Assembly (NCBI RefSeq): GCF_009914755.1
Contig: NC_060936.1
DNA from: the human T2T-CHM13v2.0 reference genome, Homo sapiens
DNA: 64,000 nt
Reading direction: 5' to 3' (one strand)
Shown: piece after piece, positions 29,516 through 44,295 of the stretch
Layout: each line of letters starts with the position of its first letter
Position numbering within the stretch: the first letter of the stretch is position 1
Notes under the pieces: model-generated
The model's database searches: none
What the model was told of the DNA's origin: nothing
What the model saw: the letters and a program-made list of their open reading frames with translations, nothing else
Translations under genes and position numbers: made by a program

Positions 29516-29713
29516 AGAGAAATTTTTTAATATAAATTTTTTCAGTTACCACTTAAAGGGAAATATGATTAAAAAAACTAAATAAAGAAGAGCTTTAGTA
29601 AAACCATGCCCTCTTGCTAATCTATTAAGAGTCAAATCTGAACCTATGTGTTAAATAGTGATAACAAATAATGGTGTAAAACATGTTTACCTGATACTTT
29701 TAGTTCTCCTTAC

Positions 29714-29768
29714 CTTGTTCTTAGGTTTCACTTCACCACAAAGCTTCATGAGATCTGAAGACAGCGTG
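29714..29768 (-). CDS. KIF21A: KIF21A exon 26 (55 nt)
   Basis: catag|C ACG CTG TCT...AAC AAG|gtaagg; TLSSDLMKLCGEVKPKNK. Confidence 0.95.
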
Positions 29769-30138
29769 CTATGTGCAAATAAATAATTAAGCACAAGATT
29801 AAATAGAAAATTATTATAGAAAACTATAGCTCCTCTATATCAACGACTACAAAAAATTTATATGCCTATGGGAAATACAGAAAGACAATATTTAAAGTCA
29901 AAATGAATTAATTTAAAAATAATTCATTTATGTTCCTTAAATATTTCAATATTTTCATTTTAAAATTTATGATAGTTAAGCATGACTTAACTTGGTTTCT
30001 ATTTACTGTTTCTAAGTGCTATTCACTAGGCCATTAGATTGAAAATTATTTCTGTTTTATGGTAATTGTTTGATACAAGATGAAAGTATTTAAAATATGT
30101 AAATAAGTCAACTCTATTGTTTCTAAAGGCCTTCTTAC

Positions 30139-30199
30139 CTTCCTTCTGATCCTGGGCTGTTTAAAGGAGCATCCTCATCAGTACTATCCTCTACATTTT
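30139..30199 (-). CDS. KIF21A: KIF21A exon 25 (61 nt)
   Basis: ttgtag|AA AAT GTA GAG...GGA AG|gtaaga; [21 protein letters not shown]. Confidence 0.95.
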
Positions 30200-31918
30200 C
30201 TACAAAAAAATGTTTAAAATGTAAGCATTATCCCCATGTCACAGTTTGAATGGTGACTGCAATCCATAGGCTGTAATAAACAACAGCTCAACATCTCAAT
30301 ATGGGCACGATGGTTTTAGTAGCTGAATCTAAATAGACAGAATTGTAGAAAAGTATTTCTAAAAACTCTCCTTTGATTGTGTGTTCTAGAATGAGTAAAA
30401 CATGTTCAAATAGGAAAACCATGACTTTGAATGGTAAACTGTAGAAGAGTAACATCCTTCTGAATGAGATGGGTACATATGAATACTGAAGAGTCATGTA
30501 CGTATCCTGTACCATCCAAACATACAATAATCCACTGTTTAAAAATATAAAGTAAATGCTACATGAGCCTCCTTTAATGTACTGAGTCAACCAAGAATAC
30601 TACATAAAGTGTAAATATAGTTGTTATACTTTATCAGTTATGCCAATGTACTTGAATATTTTTCCTTTTTTAATTTTTGTATTTTTGCCTACATACAGAG
30701 AGAAGGTGTGCATGAGGGTGTTCAGAAGTCACACATCAGCATGCAGCTCATTCACATGAACACAGAAGACAAAAACAATAGGCTTGCATGCAACAGCTCT
30801 GTAAACTAATACAAATAAACCACTGCTATTTCAGAACAACTGTAGTAGACTAGTGAAAAGGGAGAAGAATTAAACATATAAAACTGTTAGGAAGTCAGTA
30901 AATAAAACAGCCACAGAAAGTAAACGACTTAAAATGCCAGCGAGCCCCTAACATAGGTGTAGGTTTTTTTAATGTATATTTTATTATAAAAATCATTCAA
31001 TAAATCTAAAGACAAAATTATGAGCAACATATACATTAAAGAAAAATATATAGGGTTCATCCCCTTTTAATTTTTAATTTTATATAATACAGGTAGGCTA
31101 TGGCACCATTAGTCAATTGATTCATTTCTCTCCACAAATGTTCTCTTCCTTTCTCATTGTTCAGTAATACTTGGTATTATTACCTAAAATAGAATCATAT
31201 CTAGGACTCACTCAAAGGGGTTTACTTTCTGAAGTGAAAAAAATGGTGATTTTGAAGGCAATATGTATCTCATTAGAGGGAGGCTCAAGGACTTGCTTCA
31301 CAGAAAAGATAACTGAGTTCTAAGGTACTGAATTAGTCAGTAACATAGAAAATTATGTTATAAAGAAATGACAAACCTAGCCTCTGTTTTCCATGTGTTT
31401 TAACAGCAGGCTAAGATTTGCTAGTATTTTTCTTGCACAGTGTGATGAAATTAAATGTTAAACATCATGCAAGTGCTTCGTAAAAAGCTCTTAACTCCTG
31501 CTTATGCCTGTATGCCTTAGTTAGAGATAATGGTGTCTTGACAGAACCAGTCTGGCCAGAGCCCAGAGGATCTCACTCAGATGGTCACCAACTCAGGCCC
31601 TCTTCAGGACCAAGTTTGGTCTGAAGCATTATGGTTACCTGGGCAGCAGGACACACAAACAACTCACTGTTGTACTCTCAACTCTGAGAACACAACTCTA
31701 GCCCAAGGTTAGCTTCTTTTCTTATCACAATAGCTTTAAAGCCAAAGACAAAACAAAACTCCCAAATACCCTAAAGTTAATCTATATCATTGTAAAGTTT
31801 CACAGTCTCACTTCACTGGAAGTTAACCAAACAGTTGGATTTTTAAAAGTCTTCCTTTAAAGTTATTCTTTTAAAAAGTTTTTTATATATATAGCTTCTG
31901 TATACTAATTATATATTT

Positions 31919-32440
31919 AAAAATTTAACATTGCAGCCCCTGAGACCGCCGTCCTTAGAAAGGCCTGCTTGGAAAACTGGACTTTGGCTGACATCTAAAA
32001 ACAGCTCTCAGAGCGTTCCCAGTCAACTGTTAGCCAATAAAAGTGGCTCACGGTGCACTAGAAACTTCGTGCAAATAATATGGCTTATGCTGAACACTTG
32101 CTTTCCTTCTGGAAGTCTAGACTGACAGAAGGTACATATGTCACCCCCCCCAGTAAAACCCTGGGGCACTGAGCATCTACTGGACTTTCCTGGACATAAA
32201 CATTGCACAAATATTGCTGCGTTTTTTGTTCTGGAGAAAGAAAGCACTCTGTGTGAACTCTTATCGTAGGGAGAGAGATACAAATGCCTGGATACAGATT
32301 CCTCCAGAGTCCATCTGTGTCTTTTCCCTTTATGAACATTGATATCATAAATCTTAGTCATGAATACAACCATATGCTAAGCCCTCTGAGTCTTCTAGCA
32401 AATCTCTGATGATAGTGGTGACCGTGGGGATCCCAACACA
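31919..32440 (+). mobile_element. Solo LTR, MER68-like (ERVL class)
   Basis: ccttagaaaggcctgctt...tatgctgaacac..gctttccttctgg...aaaccctgg..cactgag...ends ggggatcccaacaca. Confidence 0.7.
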
Positions 32441-32589
32441 GATATAGAAAAATAAGGATGTTCTTTAAAGGCTACAAAAGTACAACCCTGTGAGCATGGG
32501 GCGCTGGCCCTGGCTCATCCTCTACCCTTCAGTTCCCTCATTCCATGTCATGAACTTGCTGCTCTGGAGCATCAACCTGTTTGTAGGCC

Positions 32590-32960
32590 TCAGGCACACA
32601 AAAGTGTGGCTAAATTCCTATGCCTTAGCTTTTGCTGCCCCTCTGCCTGGAGCAACTCTCTGGCCCCAATTCAACCTTGTCTTTTTCCTGACTAACTCTT
32701 CTTCACTATGTTTTAGCTTAAATGTCATCTCCTCCAGAAAGCCTTCATTAACTCCTTCATTCTTGTTAGGTAGTCCCACTCTGTGCTCCCATAACTCTAC
32801 AGATCTCAATCATTGCCTTCACTGCAATATATCATAATCTGTTCATAGTCTCTCCTCCTCAGTAGGGCATCAAGTCCATAAGGACAAAATCAGCATCTCA
32901 CTCATCTTTGAATCCCAGCATCCAGCCCAATGATTGTGATAAAACTGGAGAACAACTAAA
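32590..32960 (+). mobile_element. L2 fragment
   Basis: cttaaatgtcatctcctccagaaagccttc...catctttgaatcccagcatccagc. Confidence 0.6.
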
Positions 32961-33300
32961 TGATTTTTAAAGCAATGTACCTATAACTTTCTAGCTTCTG
33001 TGGGTTTAAATTTCATTGTTTTCTCATCTCATGCTTTTTATTTAGCTCCTTTCGTCTAGAGAGAGCCCCAGTCCCTAGGGCAAATTTCTGCCATGAGTCA
33101 TAGGATACATTAGCTGAATGAGTTCCTACTCTCTGCTTCTGACCCTTCAAGCTATAGAAAATTGAAATTTGTTTGAAAGTTGGAAAACAGAGACACTGCT
33201 CATCAAATTAGCAATTTAATATTCTTCTGCACATAAAGACATCAAACAATTTATCTTTCAAGTTAAAAGACAGCATATATTTCTATGAATTGAGCCACTA

Positions 33301-33528
33301 AGAACAAAGAGAAGGAGGAGGAGAACAAGAAGGAGGAGAAAGATGAAGAAGGGGGAGAAAGATAAAGAAGAAGAGGAGGAGGAGAGAAAGAAGGAGGAAC
33401 ACAATAAATTAAAGTACAATAAAAAAAAGAAGAGGAAGAGGGAAAGAAGAGGAGGACGGACTGGGGAGGAGAAGCAAGAGAGGGAGGGAGAGGAAGAGTG
33501 AGAGGGACAGAGGAAGGAGGAGGCAAAG
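33301..33528. repeat. GA-rich low-complexity tract (CU-rich on the sense strand)
   Basis: ~230 nt of GAA/GGA/GAG repeats with few pyrimidines. Confidence 0.9.
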
Positions 33529-34116
33529 AAACATGCTTGATAACACATGGAATGCAAAAGTGCTAGTTATAATGCCAGGTACTTGAATAGCCTGACCAAT
33601 ATTGTTTCAACCTGTTCAGGTAAAATCCTTTGGATAGTTTTGTTCAGTTTACAATATTTAAAAGTGTGTGCTTAAATTTACAAAAATAAAACAGATAAGT
33701 ATATATATATATACCAAAGATATATACAGAAGAAAGTTATTTATGAGGTTAAAACCATAGATGTACGTTAATAGATATATTTAAAAATTTTAACGGAACA
33801 TAAATATTATGTTTTTCTATAAGGAAGAGAAAGAACACAGGGGGTTTATGAAACTGGAGGCACAACTGGAACTCAGATAATAAAAGAGACAACTAACAAA
33901 AGCATACTTCTTTAAACATCTAAGGATTTTAAAATCAGGAATGTTTAATAAAAGACTTAGTGTGTTTGTGGGCATGGATACATTTCAAAAAAGATCATGC
34001 AAAAACCACTTGACCGCCAATAAAAATCTTTAAAATAAGATGTACCACAATTAGTGTACATGAACAATTAGTAATTCATGCAGCTGTAGGATACACAGAA
34101 AGCTAAACATACTTAC

Positions 34117-34137
34117 CTAATGGTACGCTATCTAGAT
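34117..34137 (-). CDS. KIF21A: KIF21A exon 24 (21-nt microexon)
   Basis: acacag|AT CTA GAT AGC GTA CCA TTA G|gtaagt; DLDSVPL; phase 1-1. Confidence 0.92.
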
Positions 34138-34594
34138 CTGTGTAAATAACAGCAAAAAGGAAACAAAAAGCAATACTCCAATCAAAACAGATCCAATGTT
34201 AAAAACTCCCACATAAAACAAGATTATGTACCATTTACATGTAGAATAGATGCCATAGCAAACACTTATAAGTTTATTTTTAAGGCAGTGAGATACGCAG
34301 AGTAAAGTAATGAAACTTGGTTACTATTTTAAGTAATTTAGATAACCAATACGAAAACTTGATTGGTCTTCTTTGCCCATAAAAACTAATTGCTCAATAA
34401 GGTTAAGTAAGCCATTTTAAGTTGGTAACCATTTCTTGGAATGACAATAATTACCTCGCCAAAATGTACACATGCAAATTAAAGAAAGAATAATTATTAA
34501 AAGCATGAGTAAATATAGCATCTATTCAGTCAAGCCATAGGGGAAAGGGATATACTATACCATGTTCAAAAAGCAAAGCTACCATGCAAATTCA

Positions 34595-34804
<210 letters not shown>

Positions 34805-34869
34805 TTATCTTAGGTCATACGAAACAGGATCTACCACACAAAGATCTGTATCAAACAGCAAATGAATAT

Positions 34870-35060
34870 GATATATGGGTTTTGACATCAGATAGACCTC
34901 GAGTCATCCCAGCTCCTCCAGTAACTGGCTTAGTGATCATGTACAAGTTCACCTGTCCAAGATGTTATCTTCTGGATTCTCAGTTTCCTCATATGCAAAA
35001 TGAGATCAATAATAATTACCTCTTAGCACATTGTGAAAATTAAGTGAGATGGCATAAGAA
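34870..35060 (+). mobile_element. MIR
   Basis: cagatagacct...ctcagtttcctcatatgcaaaatgag...gtgaaaattaagtgagat. Confidence 0.75.
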
Positions 35061-35522
35061 CAGAAAGAATCTAACAGTCCCAACATGGAAAAAAAAAAAG
35101 TGAGTCAGAAACCATTATCACCTTCAACATTTGGGCACGGTTTTCTTACAGGTGACAAATTAGAGCATTTACATTCAAAATAAGAGAATGATTAAATTAT
35201 TTTTTCTTTTCTGATTTGCTTTTGATCTGTAAAGAATCAATGTTAAATTAGTTATGATACCAAATTTGTTTGCATGCTGAGAAATTTCTTCTAATTTTTC
35301 CTTTGTTAAAGCAAAAGGGGAATTATTTCTTCTTTAAGTTGTTTATCTGCTCTAATAAACAAACATAATGGATAACATGCTAATGAAATTGATCTAAATA
35401 TTTCTTACTCTTCCTGACTCTAAAGAAAGGTAAAAGAAATACTTTCCAATTATGAATAATCTTCTTCCTTATTACAAAGCAAAGGGTTACTACAGAAAGA
35501 TAAATAAAACTACAATGAATTA

Positions 35523-35696
<174 letters not shown>

Positions 35697-36076
35697 TTAC
35701 TTTGAGCTGAAAACAGAAGGCAACAGCCTATTGTTTCACATATTTATTTCCTAGTATTGGGTTAGCTAATGAGATGCTCAGATAAGTGCAATATATGATC
35801 ATTACCCCAAGAAACATAGGGTTTAGTTGAAAAGACACATTTAAGCAGTTAAGAATTCAAGGTGGGATGTAAAGATGACCCATGTGTTATATAAACAACA
35901 AATGTTATCACACAATCAGCAGAGAAATCTGAAAAGCAAGCAGGAAGTGGCATACATGTAAAACCTAAGCATTAGATTAGACCAGGAAATAGAAAATACC
36001 TTCATGTAAAAACTGAAAGTGCTTTGAACAATAAACAATACAAAAGTACTTTTCATTAAACCATTACGCTTTTTTA

Positions 36077-36283
<207 letters not shown>

Positions 36284-36432
36284 CTATTGAGAAAGCAGGT
36301 TGGATTTTAAGAAATTATGTTCACTTATTTATATACAGTACCATCAAACCCCCCCACCCCCCAAAAAAAACTTGGTAAGTGTTAAATTTACCCAGGGAAC
36401 AAAATTGGAAGAGTAAAATTAACAGTTAGCTA

Positions 36433-36648
<216 letters not shown>

Positions 36649-36760
36649 TTACTTATGCACTTATTTGATTGTGCACTGCCAAATAATGAGCCATTTTTTC
36701 ATTTAAGTACAACATTCAGTATTAACGGCCAAGAAGATTACATCAGCAGGAACAGAATTA

Positions 36761-37018
<258 letters not shown>

Positions 37019-37086
37019 CTATAGAAATACATCATTTATCTCAAAGTCAGAAGGTTTCTTCCAAATGGTCAGCTTGCTTACTGTAC

Positions 37087-37155
37087 CTCTTCAGTTTTGC
37101 GACGTAGAACCACTTCTTGGTTTCTTTTTTGGGCTTCCAGAAGTCTAAGTTGATG
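37087..37155 (-). CDS. KIF21A: KIF21A exon 18 (69 nt)
   Basis: tatag|CAT CAA CTT...GAA GAG|gtacag; HQLRLLEAQKRNQEVVLRRKTEE. Confidence 0.95.
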
Positions 37156-37794
37156 CTATAAAATAATATTAAATAAGTGGAAATAGTAAAGTGAAAGATA
37201 CAATATTTCCTATTCCTATATGAATATATTTCCCCATACCCCTGGGAACTATGAGTTCTTAGCAGAATCTTTGAGTCAACAACCTTGTATATATTATTAC
37301 AGGTACAGCTATTTTATTCCAACAAACACAAATAAATACAGATATACCCCATCCCTTTTTGAAAAAATGAAAGGTTATCTCTGTGTTACATACTTTAATT
37401 TGATACATTTGGTGCTTACTATGTGCAAGTACTTTTCTAAATGCTTTACAAATGTTATCTTATTTAATTTTGTTAGATATTTTGTTTTAGTTGCTGTTTG
37501 AGGTACAAACAGGAAGAAACAAAGCTTAGAATATTTTCAATAGAGTCATCTTATAATATATACAATAATTATAAACTGTTGTAGACATAGGAGGAATATA
37601 TATTAATTTGATTAGTACTTATAATAACTATGGATCTTATGGTGGATAAAGTAAATGGACAATAAAATATGTCTGCACTGACTATTAATTTGTTTCTAGG
37701 TACTCTCAAAATAAAGATGACTAATTAGGATTACTTCAAGCCATTCTACAGGCATATAATTTAAAAAAAAAAATTGGACTTAAAAAGAACCAGA

Positions 37795-38144
<350 letters not shown>

Positions 38145-38857
38145 TTAATTCCAGTTCTATCATTTATTCAATTCTGTGATCTTGGACAAAGTTTAAGAAT
38201 GACAGTTCACTACAAACTTCCTTTCTAGTACTTAAATTCTGTTATTTAACAAATAATCACTCGTGTTTTGCATTCAAATTCAAACAGATCATTCATTTTA
38301 TGTTTATGTATATTTCTGTCTCATCAGATGGGAATTCCTTGAGAAAATGACTTTATCTTATCACAGCCATATCTTAATTGCCTACCACAGTGACTGATAT
38401 AAAAGCAAAATTAATATGTTTTTTAATTAATGAATTATCAGAAATTAAAATTATCATATAGTTTCAAACTTGTTACATTAAATTTCTTCCTATTAAAAAC
38501 CAAATCTCAAGCTCATTCATATTTTTATATGGTATATAAATGTCACCCTGAACTTTCTAAGGGTTCAAAGATGAATATAACAAGGAACAATTTTAAAAGG
38601 AGGTCAATATGTACACAAGGCAACAAATAAAAGGGAGAGGGAGTATGAATGTTAGCTTTATATGTGACTAGCCAGCATTGTGTCTTTATAATAGAATATA
38701 GGCATCACATGTTATGGAAAAGATTCAAAAAGTTCATCCCAGGAGTTCAGTATTGGTCTCCCTTATCTTATATGAATTAGTAATAAAGAAATAGGTAGCA
38801 TACACTGTAAAGAAATTATTCCCGTTGTTCAAAGGTTTTCATTAAATATAAAATAAA

Positions 38858-39562
38858 CAGCCAAAAAATGGAAAGAACCCAAACGTCTATCAACTGATGA
38901 ATGGACAAACAAAACATATTCTATCTATATAACCATAAAAAAAGAATGAAGTGCTGATACATGTTATAACATGGCTGAACCTTGAAAACATCGTGTTAAA
39001 TAAAAGAAGCCAGACACAGCTGGGTGCAGTGGCTCACACCTTTGGGAGGCCGAGGCGGGGCGGATCACTTGAGGTCAGGAGTTTGACACCAGCCTGGCCA
39101 ACATGGTGAAAACCCATCTCTACTAAAAATACAAAAATTAGCCAGGTGTGGTGGTGCATGCCTGTAGTCCCAGCTGCTCAGGAGGCTGAGGCAGGAGAAT
39201 GGCTTGGACCTGGGAGGCGGAGGTTAGAGTGAGCCAAGATCATGCATTGCACTCCAGCCTGGGCGACAAAGTAAGACTCTGTCTCAAAAAAAAAAAAAAA
39301 AAAAAAAATCAAGACACAAAAGGCCACATCTGGTATGATTCAATTTATATGCAATGTCCACAGGGACAAAATGTAGATTAGTGGCTGCCAGGGGCCGGGG
39401 CAATGGTGAGTGACTACCAATGGGTATAGCGTATATTCCTGGAGTAATGAAAATTTTCTGTAATTAGATGGTGGTGATCATTGCACACTTTTGTGAATAT
39501 ACTAAAAACATGAATTGTACACTTTAAAAGGTAAATTTTAGGATAAGTTAATTATATCTCAA
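38858..39562 (+). mobile_element. L1MB-like 3' fragment interrupted by an Alu
   Basis: caactgatgaatggacaaac...aagccagacaca[Alu]aaaggccaca...gtgaatatactaaaaac...attgtacactttaaaagg. Confidence 0.78.
39019..39308 (+). mobile_element. AluS with a small left-arm deletion
   Basis: ctcacacc^tttgggagg (lacks tgtaatcccagcac); polyA tail. Confidence 0.93.
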
Positions 39563-39967
39563 CTTTTAAAACAATAACAAAAAAAGAATAGGCAATATGT
39601 TAGAATGTGCTTCTACTTGATTTCAGTAGGAACAAATCGATAAAAACACAATTTTAAATGCCCAGGAATTAACTGTGACAAATACACTGATTATTAAAAT
39701 ACACTGACATTGTAGGAGAAAAAAAGAAATAAACATAACCAAAATAGGGGAGTCATCTGGACAAAATATCCGCTATCCACTTTTCTACCTCACTACCCCC
39801 CTTTTCTCTATCCCCTTTCCTCTTTACATTCCAAAATAAATTTCCATTTTCTAAAATATGCTTTATGCTCGTATTTTTCCAGGGAGGATTTAGGAAAAGT
39901 TCAGCAAGTAAAAAGGAATAATGGCTGAAACCTAACCAATAATAAGGGAAAAAGTGATGGCCTCTTC

Positions 39968-40097
39968 TTTTTCAAAGAGGCAGTCTTGCTGTGTTGTTGT
40001 TCAGACTAGTCTAGAACTCCTGGGCTCAAAGCAATCCTCCGGCCTCAGTCTCTCAAAGTGCTGGCTGGGATTACAAGCATGAGCCACTGCACCCAGC
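39968..40097 (-). mobile_element. FLAM
   Basis: gaactcctgggctcaa...ggattacaagcatgagccactgcacccagc. Confidence 0.8.
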
Positions 40098-40958
40098 TTC
40101 TTCTTTTAAGAAAAAAAAAATCATAACTATAATTTTTCACCTAAAAGAAATAATCACATTGCCAAAATTTTGGAAAGAAGAAGAAAAATAATCAACCATA
40201 ACTTATAACCCTAACACAACTACAATTAGCACGTTGAGATGTATCCTTTGAATTTTCCTTCATTGAAATCAAGCATACATTTATTTGTAAAATGACCATG
40301 CTTTACACTTAATGCATGGTCATTTTTCAGATAAGTATACAGTTTCAAAATATAAATGGAATGTACCATAATTTCTTTAACCATTCCTCCTACTGTCAGG
40401 GATCTTGGTTGTTTTTACTTTTTTCACAATTACAAAGAATCCTACAGTGAAGATTTTGATGCATAGTATTTTTACTTGTTTTACATTATTTTCTTCATCT
40501 AAATTCATGGAAGTAGAATCTTGAGTCAAAGGATACAAAAATTTTGATAGTCCTTAGAAAAGCCTCTTCTAATAAGGGCTGGTTGTTAACTCTAGGATTA
40601 TTTATAAGTACCTCTAGTGATAAAACATTCTTCAGAACCATCCTAAACTTGCTATCTTATATAATACTGCAACTAGTTCCTTGGTCATCCTAGAGATAAC
40701 CAGTCATTCTTGCCATTTACTTCTATGTCATCATCTGGAAAATAAGCCTCAAATAAAATATATAATATTACAGTGTTTTTTATGAACTCTTATACTGAAT
40801 TACCATAATCCACATACTGTAATAAATGACATTTTATAAAGTGTATGCTTATCTATTGTCCTTAACCTGCAATTAGTAGTTATGGTTACCAGAAATTTTT
40901 CCTCCATTTATTAAACAATCTTTTTCAACGTACAATTTTCTTATATAACTGAGAGTTA

Positions 40959-41078
<120 letters not shown>

Positions 41079-41329
41079 CTAACCAATTAGGTATAGACAT
41101 CTATTGAAATTACTCTGTCACAACATTCATTAAATCAACCACATATATGGAAGTAAGTTCTTAGAATTCTGAATACTTAACATGGAAACATGCAGTTTTG
41201 CTGCACGTTTAAAGTGGGCAATTCTTATTTCTGTGGGATTCATATATTTCTATTTCTAATACATTTTTATTAAATTGCTTAGTATTCTATGCTTTTTGTA
41301 TTCAATATTCAGTTGTTCTGCAACTTGAA

Positions 41330-41530
41330 ATCTTGATACTTAGCTTACTATCAGTAGCTGTGTGACCTTGATCGAATTACTTTACCTCTCTAGGCTTTGG
41401 TTTGCTCATCTATAAAATGGAAATAATATTTCCACAGCATTGGATTTTTGTGAGAATTCAACCAGTTAACACCCACACAGCGTTTTAACAGTACCTGGCA
41501 CTTGAATTCTCAACAACTTGATAAGCACTT
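41330..41530 (+). mobile_element. MIR
   Basis: agctgtgtgaccttg...ctcatctataaaatgg...acagtacctggcac. Confidence 0.75.
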
Positions 41531-42488
41531 AATAATTTTAGCTACTGTTGTTATCAGCAACTACACAACATAATAATCAAATGACAGTTATGTGCCTCAT
41601 AACATTTAACTCAACAATGAACCACACTTAAGACAGTGGTTTCATAAGATTATAGTGGAGCTAAAAAATTCCTATTGCCTAGTGATGTAATAATGTCATA
41701 ACATCACATTACAAAGCACTACACCCGTTTGCAGTAGTGCTGGTATAAACAACCCTACTGTGCTGCTAGTCATATTAAGTATAGTCCACACAATTATGTA
41801 TAGTCCATGATACCTGATAAGGATAATAAATGACTATGCTATTGGTTTATGTATTTACTATACTATACTTTTTATAGATATTTTGGACTTATGAAAAAAA
41901 AAGTTAACTATAAAGCAGCCTCAGGCAAGCCCTTGAGAAGATATTTAAGAAGAAGGCATTGTTATCATAGGAGATGACAGCTCCATGTGTGTTAATGCTC
42001 CGGAATGCCTTCCAGTGAGACAAGATGGGGAGGTGAAGACGGTGATATTGATGATCCTCACTCTGCATAGGCCTAGGCTATTGTGCATGTTTGTGTTTTA
42101 GTTTTAACAAAAAAGTTTAAAAAGTAAAAAATATAAAAACTTAAAATAGATAAAAGCTTACAGAATGATGATATAAAGAAAAAATATTTTTGTACGGCTA
42201 TACAGTGCATTTGTGTTTTAAACTGTGATATTTCAAAAGAGTCAAAAAGTTTTTTAACTTAAAATATTTATAAAATAAAAAAAATTACAGTAAGCCAAGG
42301 TTAATTTATCACTGAGGAGAGTTTTTAAAATAAATTTAGTGTAGCTTAAGTGTGTAGAGTATTGATAAAGTCCACAGCAGTGTATAGCTATGTCCTAGGA
42401 CTTCACGTTCATTCACCATTCACTCACTGACTCACACAGAGCAACTTACAGTCCTGCAAACTCCCTTCATGGTAAGTCGCATACCTTA

Positions 42489-42853
42489 CAGGCATACCTT
42501 GGAGACCTTGCAGGTTTGGTTCCAGAGCACCGCAAAAAGGTGAATATCACATTAAAGCAAGTCACACAAATTTATTTGGTTTCCCAGCGCATATAAAGTT
42601 ATGTTTATGCTATACAGTAGTCTATTAGGTGTGCAATAGCATCATGTCTAAAAAAATAATGTGCATGCCTTAATCAAAAAACTTAATTGTTAAAAGAAAC
42701 ATGCTGACAGAGACATGAAGTGAGCAAATGCTGTTGGAAAAATAGTGCCAACAGACATCCTCAAGGCAGGGTTGCCACAAACATTCAATTTGTAAAAAAT
42801 GCAATATCTGCAAAGGGTAATAAAGCAAATCACAGTAAAATCAGGAATGCCTG
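42489..42853 (-). mobile_element. Internally deleted Tigger1 (MITE-like, 365 bp)
   Basis: ta|caggcatacc...ggaatgcctg|ta: terminal inverted repeats and TA duplication; both Tigger1 ends recognisable. Confidence 0.82.
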
Positions 42854-42871
42854 TAAAAGTATACAAGTTTT

Positions 42872-43127
42872 GGCTGGGCACAGTGGCTCATGCCTTTAAT
42901 CCCAGCACTTTGGGAGGTCGAGGTTAGTGGATCAGCTGAGGTCAGGAGTTTGAGACCAGCCTGACCAATATGGTGAAACCCTGTCTCCACTAAAAATACA
43001 AAAATTAGCTGGGCATGGTGGTGTGCACCTATAGTCCCAGCTACTGGGGAGGCTGAGAAAGGAGAACTGCTTGAACCTGGGAGGTGGGCAACAGAGCGAG
43101 ACTCCCTCTCAAAAAAAAAAAAAAAAA
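42872..43127 (+). mobile_element. AluS with internal right-arm deletion
   Basis: cctgggaggt^gggcaacagagcgag; degenerate TSD aaaagtatacaagtttt / aaaagtgtaccattttt. Confidence 0.9.
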
Positions 43128-44019
43128 GTGTACCATTTTTTTATCTTTTTTACTGTATTTTTTACAATACCTTTTCTATGTTTAGATATGTTTAGATACA
43201 CAAATATTTAGCATTGTGTTAAAATTGCCTAGAGTATTCAGCATAGTAACATGCTGTACAGGTTTGTAGCCTAGGAGCAACAGGCTATACCACATAGCCT
43301 AGGTGTGTAGTAGGCTATACCATCGTGGTTTGTATAAGTACACTCCATGATGTTTGCACAATAATGAAATCACCTAAAAATGCATTTCTCAGAATGTACC
43401 ATCATTAAGCAATGCATGATTATACTTTCTAAATCACTTCCATATTTGCTATTTTATTGTTATTTTAAGAAAACTACACTGACTTTCATGAAAGATGTAA
43501 AGAATAATTAATCAAAAACAGATAACAGATCAGGATTTGCACACTCTCTTTGGACAGGGGAAGAAAATTAGTGCTTCTCTAAGTATAGGAATTATAAACA
43601 CTAAATTTAAGACAGTTATTAGCTATTGGAGAATGGGGAATATGATCAGGAAGAGATAAACAGAAGGCTTACTGTATATCTGTAATGCTTAATATTTTAA
43701 ACTAGACTGTGGATACAGTGTTTGTTATTATGTATGCTTTCTTGCATATTTGAAATATTTTATACTTTTGTTAAGCTTGCATAAGAGTTTTAAGAGAAGA
43801 AATACCTATCAATGTCTAAGAAGCCCTGATGAGCACATGATTTTCAGCTACTCTGAAGAAAGGCTTGGATGAGGAATGACTATTAGAAACAACTTCTAAT
43901 TGCCAAAGGAAATTACATCATTTGTAAGATTGGGTTACCTTTATCGAATATGGAAAGAACCACAAGAGTTGTTTATTTTTTGTCCCAAATGACAAAATCA
44001 TACTGAACATCAAACGTTA

Positions 44020-44295
<276 letters not shown>

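Larger units (their letters stand above)
41585..43422 (+). mobile_element. Tigger3b-like TcMar DNA transposon hosting two nested insertions
   Basis: 5' end cagttatgtgcctcataac...cataagattatagtggagct..aaaattcctat; 3' end gcatttctcagaatgta...ttaagcaatgcatga. Confidence 0.8.

Noticed and set aside
33258-33557. Ser/Leu/Phe-rich ORFs
   Set aside because: Artefact of the GA/CT low-complexity tract
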